Shown one piece after another: positions 8,842 through 14,414 of a stretch of 32,000 nt of DNA (position 1 is its first letter; each line of letters starts with the position of its first letter). The notes beneath the pieces were generated by a model. That model was not told where the DNA came from. It worked only from the letters and a program-made list of their open reading frames with translations, and ran no database searches. The DNA is from Vibrio alginolyticus NBRC 15630 = ATCC 17749 (GTDB lineage: Bacteria > Pseudomonadota > Gammaproteobacteria > Enterobacterales > Vibrionaceae), in assembly GCF_000354175.2 (NCBI RefSeq), contig NC_022349.1:2280001-2312000 (forward strand), written 5' to 3'. The position numbers were made by a program, and so were the translations under genes.

Positions 8842-8857
8842 CTGGTTATTTATACAT
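8842..8857 (-). promoter_or_regulatory. Candidate LexA (SOS) box in the uvrD promoter/5' UTR
   Basis: The minus strand reads ATGT-ATAAATAA-CCAG, against the consensus CTGT-N8-ACAG. It starts about 9 nt downstream of a TATAAT (complement of 8866-8871). The E. coli uvrD box as I recall it also ends in CCAG. There are two mismatches to the consensus. Confidence 0.35.
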
Positions 8858-8978
8858 AAAAACCGATTATAACCTAAACAACCGGGTGCTGTTTAGACAA
8901 AACTTGATAAAAAAATCGATGTTTTTTTGCCCAACACATCAATTAGTTATACCTATTTGACCCTACAAACCTATTTAC

Positions 8979-8996
8979 TTCAGAAATTTTTCTGAA
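8979..8996. promoter_or_regulatory. 18-bp palindrome TTCAGAAA-TT-TTTCTGAA upstream of the DUF2282 gene (candidate operator)
   Basis: Perfect 8-bp arms around a 2-nt centre, 116-133 nt upstream of the ATG at 9112, in the uvrD/DUF2282 divergent intergenic region. I could not assign it to any known regulator motif. Confidence 0.25.
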
Positions 8997-9111
8997 AGTT
9001 TTTTAGCCAGTTTCCTATCTTTTAAGTTAAGCAAGTTGATAACAAAAACGCCAAAACAGGCGATTCATCTTGCCAACTTAAAGTAAAGGAAATCATTCAG
9101 AGGAATTTATT

Positions 9112-9372
9112 ATGAAAAAGTCGAATCTAGCTGTTACTGCTGCTGTTACTGGTCTTCTAGCTCTTGGTGGCACAATGCTAACTGCAGCTCCAGCTGTCGC
9201 TGCTGAAAAAGAAAAGTGCTATGGCGTTTCTAAAGCAGGTAAAAACGACTGTGCAACAAAAAGCAGCTCATGCGCTGGTACTTCTAAAGAAGATAACCAA
9301 AAAGACGCATTCGTAGTCGTACCAAAAGGTCTTTGTGACAAACTCGCTGGCGGTAGCACTTCTTCTTCATAA
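9112..9372 (+). CDS. bufA: DUF2282-family secreted four-cysteine peptide, BufA-type bufferin precursor
   Basis: 86 aa, with GAGGAA 6 nt upstream of the ATG. Sec-type signal peptide MKKSNLAVTAAVTGLLALGGTMLTAAPAVAA. The core is EKEKCYGVSKAGKNDCATKSSSCAGTSKEDNQKDAFVVVPKGLCDKLAGGSTSSS, with Cys at residues 36, 47, 54 and 75 (C-x10-C-x6-C-x20-C). The KCYG...AGxNDCA...CAG signature is typical of DUF2282. Confidence 0.85.
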   Translation: MKKSNLAVTAAVTGLLALGGTMLTAAPAVAAEKEKCYGVSKAGKNDCATKSSSCAGTSKEDNQKDAFVVVPKGLCDKLAGGSTSSS

Positions 9373-9393
9373 TCTTTTATCGCTAGCTATTGT

Positions 9394-9439
9394 GAGGATG
9401 CGTTGACGCTCAACCAACGCAAAGCCAAGACGCATCCTT
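9394..9439 (+). other. Intercistronic RNA stem-loop between precursor and modification genes
   Basis: (G)AGGATGCGT at 9394-9403 pairs with ACGCATCCT(T) at 9430-9439, giving 9 Watson-Crick pairs plus one G-U. An alternative mutually exclusive stem is GCGTTG 9400-9405 with CAACGC 9415-9420. It is followed by TCTCTTCC, which is not a clean U-tract. Confidence 0.45.
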
Positions 9440-9471
9440 CTCTTCCCGCACGATTTGAAAAGGAGTTTCAC

Positions 9472-10344
9472 GTGAAACACCACACCTTCCACGACCTTGT
9501 TGGAGTTGGATTAAGAACCCCTCACCTCGATTACTTTAGCCAAAACCAACCCGAGTTGTCTTGGTTAGAAATCCACAGTGAAAACTATTTCCAACCCAAT
9601 GCAACAGAGCGCCATCAGCTACAAACGCTTCGTGAGCAATATCAAATTAGCTGCCACGGTATTGGTTTGTCGCTAGGTTCGGTGGAACGTGTTAGTCAAA
9701 AGCATCTTGCGCAACTTAAAGCACTGATTAACTCAATCGACCCAATCCTTGTTTCTGACCATTTAAGTTGGAGTGAAAACGGCGGTCACTACTTTAATGA
9801 CCTGCTTCCACTTCCGTATACGGAAGAAGCGCTCAACGTGTTCACTCGTAACGTGAATGAAGTGCAGGAATATTTGCAACGCGAGATCTTGATAGAGAAC
9901 CCATCTAGTTATGTGAAGTTTCAACATTCGACCATCAGCGAATGGGAGTTTCTTACCGAAGTGCAAAAGCGCACTGACTGTCGTTTATTGCTCGATCTAA
10001 ACAATGTTTATGTTTCGGCGTTCAACCACGGTTTTGATTGCGACACATACCTAGATGCGATTCCAGCCGACAAAGTGGATGAGATTCACTTGGCAGGTTT
10101 TACCATCAAACAACTCGACAAAGGTGAGATATGGATTGATACCCATAGCCGCCCAGTTAGTGATGAAGTTTGGCAACTGTTCGCGCAGTGGACAAAAAAA
10201 CACGGTCCACGTCATACGTTGATTGAATGGGATTTGGATATCCCCGCGCCAGAAGTCTTGCTCGAAGAAGCACAGAAAGCATCGCAACTACTGTTGCAAG
10301 GCACACTTCCAAGTGAACAAAGCGAACCAAGGAAGGCATCATGA
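9472..10344 (+). CDS. bufB: DUF692-family multinuclear non-heme iron oxidase (MNIO), MbnB/BufB-like
   Basis: ORF-track frame 9403..10344 begins at TTG. I prefer the GTG at 9472, which is preceded by AAGGAG with 6-nt spacing. TIM-barrel-type strand-end motifs rich in metal ligands are present: RTPHLDYF, LEIHSENYF, CHGIGLSLGS, VSDHLSW, LIENPSSY, LLLDLNNVYVSAFNHG, EIHLAGF, IDTHSRPV, LIEWD. Confidence 0.85.
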   Translation: MKHHTFHDLVGVGLRTPHLDYFSQNQPELSWLEIHSENYFQPNATERHQLQTLREQYQISCHGIGLSLGSVERVSQKHLAQLKALINSIDPILVSDHLSWSENGGHYFNDLLPLPYTEEALNVFTRNVNEVQEYLQREILIENPSSYVKFQHSTISEWEFLTEVQKRTDCRLLLDLNNVYVSAFNHGFDCDTYLDAIPADKVDEIHLAGFTIKQLDKGEIWIDTHSRPVSDEVWQLFAQWTKKHGPRHTLIEWDLDIPAPEVLLEEAQKASQLLLQGTLPSEQSEPRKAS

Positions 10345-11099
10345 ATCTAGCCACCTTACAAAGCCAGTTTGCTAAAGCCCTACACTATCAAGCACTCGGT
10401 GAAGATTGCGATATTGCCAGTGATACGTTTACCGCTGATGAACGCATGCAGATTTACCGCAATAACTTTATCGTCAGCTTAAGCGAGGTGTTATCCGCGA
10501 CCTACCCGATGGTTGAAGCGCTGCTTGGTGAAGAATGCTTTGAACAGATATCTCGCCAGCATGTTCTTTCTTACCCATTAGAAGAAGGAAATGTGGTGCA
10601 TTATGGCGAAGGCTTTCAAGACACCATCATGCAGTTCAGTCAGGTGATCGCACAAGCACCTTACAGCCCTGAAGTCGCACGCTTCGAGTGGCATATCGAC
10701 CTAGCTCGTCAAGCACAGTATGAACAATCCAATGCAGCGGAATTAAAACCGCTTGCGTTACTTGGCGAAGTGAGTGAAGAGCAACAACCCGCTTTAGTCT
10801 TACACCTTAAAAAGGGCTGCCGCAGCTTTGACTCCAACTACGCAGTATTCGATCTATTTAGTGCGATTCAAACTGGGCAATTCGAACAACTTAATATCAA
10901 CCAATTACAGCAAGGTGTCATCTCGATTCAAGCCAATGGAGAAGCCTTGTGTCACGCACTCGATGCCGATGTGTTCCAACTGCTGCAATGTTTAGAGCAG
11001 AAGCAGAGTTTGAGCGAAATACCTGAAGTTTTACTCGCTCATCTCAATCGCATCATGGCACTCGATATTGTTGACGGCTTTACATTGCAATCAATCTAA
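10341..11099 (+). CDS. bufC: DUF2063-family partner protein of the MNIO (MbnC/BufC-like)
   Basis: 252 aa. Its ATG overlaps the upstream stop (ATGA at 10341-10344) and is preceded by AAGGAAGG, which suggests translational coupling. The N-terminal ERMQIYRNNFIVSLSEVLSATYPMVEALLGEECF carries the YRNN motif characteristic of DUF2063. Confidence 0.8.
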   Translation: MNLATLQSQFAKALHYQALGEDCDIASDTFTADERMQIYRNNFIVSLSEVLSATYPMVEALLGEECFEQISRQHVLSYPLEEGNVVHYGEGFQDTIMQFSQVIAQAPYSPEVARFEWHIDLARQAQYEQSNAAELKPLALLGEVSEEQQPALVLHLKKGCRSFDSNYAVFDLFSAIQTGQFEQLNINQLQQGVISIQANGEALCHALDADVFQLLQCLEQKQSLSEIPEVLLAHLNRIMALDIVDGFTLQSI

Positions 11100-11109
11100 G
11101 GAGCACTCT

Positions 11110-11565
11110 ATGAAGGATACGGTTAAAAACTTAGTGAATCGGTATGACGATTTAATCAGTACCTTACAAGCAGCCTTTGTCCCTTTACTACTTCTCTTTT
11201 GCCGCTTTTGGGTTGCTTGGGTGTTCTTCAATTCAGGACTAATCAAAATCTCGTCTTGGGATAGCACGTTGTACTTATTTGAGCTGGAATACCAAGTGCC
11301 AATCTTGCCATGGGAATTGGCGGCTTATTTAGGTACGGCTGCGGAGTTGGTTCTACCGGTGTTCTTGGCACTGGGATTGATTACCCGCCCGATGGCAGCA
11401 ATGCTGTTTGTGTTCAACATCATCGCAGTGATCTCTTACCCACTGTTGTGGGAGAAAGGTTTTTATGACCACCAACTTTGGGGATTGATGATTCTTATCG
11501 TAATCGTATGGGGGCCAGGACCGCTGTCTTTGGACCACATCCTGAAAAAGAAAATGACGAGCTAA
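11110..11565 (+). CDS. DoxX-family integral membrane protein (putative thiol/quinone oxidoreductase subunit)
   Basis: ORF-track frame 11068..11565; the ATG at 11110 (MKDTVKNL) follows AAGGAG at 11098-11103. Four hydrophobic segments. LLLFCRFWVAWVFFNSGLIKI and AAELVLPVFLALGLITRPMAAMLFVFNIIAV are typical DoxX features. Confidence 0.8.
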   Translation: MKDTVKNLVNRYDDLISTLQAAFVPLLLLFCRFWVAWVFFNSGLIKISSWDSTLYLFELEYQVPILPWELAAYLGTAAELVLPVFLALGLITRPMAAMLFVFNIIAVISYPLLWEKGFYDHQLWGLMILIVIVWGPGPLSLDHILKKKMTS

Positions 11566-11570
11566 AAAAC

Positions 11571-11595
11571 TCCCGCATCATGCGGGGATTTTTTA
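11571..11595. terminator. Bidirectional intrinsic terminator shared by the DoxX operon (+) and the 93-aa gene (-)
   Basis: (T)CCCGCA-TCA-TGCGGG(G) hairpin flanked by an A-run (CTAAAAAAC) on the left and a T-run (ATTTTTTATT) on the right. Confidence 0.75.
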
Positions 11596-11877
11596 TTATT
11601 TATTCAAGTAAGCCAGTAGCTCTTCTGCTGAGATACCTTGCTGAGCGAGGTCTTTTGCCATCTGCTCGACTTGTTCATCTTTGCGTGACTCAATCACTTG
11701 CTGAAATTGGTACACGATATCACGCAAAATTGGCAGAGGTACTTGTTTAGCCGCACTACGAATACGCTCGGAGCTTTGATTACCCAGCTCATTAAGCAAC
11801 TTGCCAAACATCACCTTTTCTGGTGAATCTTCCATTTGCTCTAGAATACGAGCCATTTCATACGTGGTTAACGACAT
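11596..11877 (-). CDS. tsrA: Small H-NS N-terminal (oligomerisation) domain-only protein, TsrA-like
   Basis: 93 aa, predicted all-helical, with no DNA-binding C-terminal domain. The C-terminal part ...VIESRKDEQVEQMAKDLAQQGISAEELLAYL resembles E. coli H-NS ...VVNERREEE...[22 protein letters not shown]. Its position next to the bcr/lysR/pepP/thi cluster matches my unverified recollection of V. cholerae tsrA (VC0070). Confidence 0.55.
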   Translation of the reverse strand: MSLTTYEMARILEQMEDSPEKVMFGKLLNELGNQSSERIRSAAKQVPLPILRDIVYQFQQVIESRKDEQVEQMAKDLAQQGISAEELLAYLNK

Positions 11878-11968
11878 TACTTTTTGAGTTCCGTTATGGT
11901 GTCAGGAAAAGTCTGAGTGACAAATATACACGCCTTACTTACATTGGAAAATACTAAATTACACTGAT

Positions 11969-13162
11969 TTACGCTTTCGCAAAGCTCGAGTGCCAGTTCT
12001 TCCCTGCTTTTGTAAACAGAACGACCAACGCAGGTAATAGGACCCACATATGAATTGCAATCAAGGTTTGCGGATCCAGAGATAAGCGTTGCAGCGTACC
12101 CACCAACAAACCAGAGCCACTCATTTGGAACAATCCAAGCAGTGCAGCTGCCGTGCCCGCCTTATCACCAAACGGTTCTAACGCTTTCCCTGCCGCTGCA
12201 CCCAGAATGAATGCAAAACCTACAGAAGACATAAAGATAGGTAACATGAAAGAAAGCGCGGTATTCTGACCATTCATCACTAGCATGATCACACCTGCGA
12301 GACCCAGAGTTGAGATCCCGGTGACCAAGGTGTTGTGAGTTCCAACGCGCTCCATAAACTTAGGCGCCAGCATACATGCCGCAATGTTTATCACCGCATT
12401 TACACCAAACCAGAAAGTGAATTCATTCATCGACAGCCCCATCCCCGTCATCAATACCGACGGTGCTGAGGTAACGTAAGCAAGAATAACCGCCATCGCC
12501 ATCAAGCATAATGACGCATGGAAAACAAAAGATGGTGTGCTAAGCACTGCCCAATACCGACTAAGCTTAAACACGGCTTGCTTTTCTGTTGACGGGTTAG
12601 TCTCTTTCATCATGAAAAACATCAATGATCCAGACACCACAGCAAAACCCGCCATAAAGCTAAAGTTAGCACGCCAGTCAAATTGTTGAGTTAACCAGCT
12701 ACCTAGAATTGGAGCTAAAGCCGGAATGAAACAAATCGCACCGTTAAGGTAGCTGATCATTTTGCCGCTTTTTTCCGGGCCAAAGATATCGCGAACTGTT
12801 GCAAAGGCTGCTACCGATGTCGCACACGCACCTAAGCCTTGTAGCAGTCGGGAAACCAACATCCACTCAATATTTTGAGCACTCCACGCCAATAAAGCGC
12901 TCATCGCGTAAATGGTGATACCGCCCAATGCAACAGTTCGACGTCCGAGTTTATCTGCTAAGGGACCTGCGAATAGCTGACCAACACCCATAGCAAATAA
13001 GAACCAAGTGATCGTGTCTTGTGCTAGCGCATTATCGACCTGAAAAGTGGAAGCAATAAGAGGTAAAGCAGGTAGATAAATATCAATCGCTAAAGGACTG
13101 AAAAGAACCAAAAGGGTCAATAACGCCATCTGTTTTTTACTATTAGAAAACTGGCTAGACAC
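11969..13162 (-). CDS. MFS drug:H+ antiporter, Bcr/CflA subfamily
   Basis: 397 aa, 12 TM segments. GTG start (complement of 13160-13162) with GGAG 7 nt upstream. FSPLAIDIYLPALPLIASTF and GPLADKLGRR are the Bcr/CflA signature regions. Confidence 0.85.
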   Translation of the reverse strand: MSSQFSNSKKQMALLTLLVLFSPLAIDIYLPALPLIASTFQVDNALAQDTITWFLFAMGVGQLFAGPLADKLGRRTVALGGITIYAMSALLAWSAQNIEWMLVSRLLQGLGACATSVAAFATVRDIFGPEKSGKMISYLNGAICFIPALAPILGSWLTQQFDWRANFSFMAGFAVVSGSLMFFMMKETNPSTEKQAVFKLSRYWAVLSTPSFVFHASLCLMAMAVILAYVTSAPSVLMTGMGLSMNEFTFWFGVNAVINIAACMLAPKFMERVGTHNTLVTGISTLGLAGVIMLVMNGQNTALSFMLPIFMSSVGFAFILGAAAGKALEPFGDKAGTAAALLGLFQMSGSGLLVGTLQRLSLDPQTLIAIHMWVLLPALVVLFTKAGKNWHSSFAKA

Positions 13163-13203
13163 ACAACACTCCGAATTGGATAAAGAACTTTGGGTAAAGC
13201 TTA

Positions 13204-13216
13204 ATCATCTGATGAT
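13204..13216. promoter_or_regulatory. Perfect palindrome ATCATC-T-GATGAT in the MFS/LysR divergent region (candidate LysR T-N11-A site)
   Basis: 13-bp perfect dyad; with its flanks it reads T-N11-A. It lies between the MFS start (13162) and the LysR start (13240), upstream of a TATAAT at 13233-13238. Confidence 0.35.
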
Positions 13217-13239
13217 ATGAATGGAAATGATGTATAATC

Positions 13240-14211
13240 ATGAGCATTATTCCTCAGAGGAAATTCACTGTGAACGTCGAAAAACTGGCTCGTATCGATT
13301 TAAATCTATTGGTCTGCTTTAAAGTGCTGATTGAAGAGTTAAATGTTACTCGTGCGGCCCACCGATTGTGCTTAAGCCAATCCGCCGTAAGTAAATCACT
13401 GGCTAAACTGCGCATTCAATTTGATGACCCGCTTTTCACTCGAAACTCACATGGATTAACACCTACGCCGCGCGCATTGTTTCTTAAACCGAAACTGGAT
13501 CTGTTGATAAATCAGTTAGAAGTGCTGACTCAACCCGAAGAGTTTTCTCCGCAAAGCAGCGAATACCGTTTTCAAATAGCAGCTGTAGAGAGTGTCTACC
13601 CTCTCATTCTACCCCATTTCTTACCGGCGATTTTTCAACAAGCACCTGGCGTGACCATAAGCACACACCCGTGGTCGGATAATACATTTAAAATGCTTCA
13701 ACGCGGCGAACTGGATTTAGGCTTAACTGGAAAAGATATCGATATAAACGATGCCAAGCTGACTCTCCAACCACCCGATGACATTTGCGAGTTGGAAATT
13801 TATCGTGATTACCAAATGTGCATCATTCGCAAAAACCATCCTGCGCTAAAACAACCTTGGAATCTGGAAGCCTATCTCGCCCTACGCCATGTACAAGTAC
13901 GTTGTGATGGCAACGACCGTTGGTTGCTGGATTATCGCCTTGCAGATATTGGCGCCGACCGCGATATTGCCGTCACCGTGCCCGACTTTAACAGTGCCGC
14001 AAGTTTATGTTCATACACCGACTTTATCTTTACTGCGCCAAGTCATTTTGTGCAACTTGCGGCCAAACAGCTTGATTTGGTCGTGCTGCCACTACCGTTA
14101 GAATTCCCACCTATGGCTTACACTTTATTCTGGCACCGAGATAGAGAAAACGACCCTGCATTAGGCTGGCTACGTACGATGATCACACAAAAAACCGATC
14201 ACCTTAGATAA
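13240..14211 (+). CDS. LysR-family transcriptional regulator (LeuO-like N-terminus)
   Basis: 323 aa. The HTH reads IDLNLLVCFKVLIEELNVTRAAHRLCLSQSAVSKSLAKLRIQFDDPLFTR. An alternative start is the GTG at 13270, which has a better RBS (AGAGGA 8 nt upstream). Divergent from the MFS pump. Confidence 0.85.
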   Translation: MSIIPQRKFTVNVEKLARIDLNLLVCFKVLIEELNVTRAAHRLCLSQSAVSKSLAKLRIQFDDPLFTRNSHGLTPTPRALFLKPKLDLLINQLEVLTQPEEFSPQSSEYRFQIAAVESVYPLILPHFLPAIFQQAPGVTISTHPWSDNTFKMLQRGELDLGLTGKDIDINDAKLTLQPPDDICELEIYRDYQMCIIRKNHPALKQPWNLEAYLALRHVQVRCDGNDRWLLDYRLADIGADRDIAVTVPDFNSAASLCSYTDFIFTAPSHFVQLAAKQLDLVVLPLPLEFPPMAYTLFWHRDRENDPALGWLRTMITQKTDHLR

Positions 14212-14414
14212 AAACACCGCACTCAATTTGCGCTTAGCGGCTAAAATGAGTAGCTTAACTGTCGTAGTCCTTTTTGGCTCATCTATGGCCTAGTTGTACT
14301 CCGACTCTATTGAAGTGATTGCGAGCCTCAATGGAATCGTAAACTGCATGAAGCAGATGGAAACAGCTCCCACACCTGAGCATGAAGGAGCGGTAATTTG
14401 AAGGAATAACACAG

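Noticed and set aside
11478-11750. + strand 90-aa ORF crossing the DoxX terminator into the TsrA-like gene.
   Set aside because: It starts inside the DoxX CDS in another frame, runs through a bidirectional terminator, and is antisense to the TsrA-like gene.
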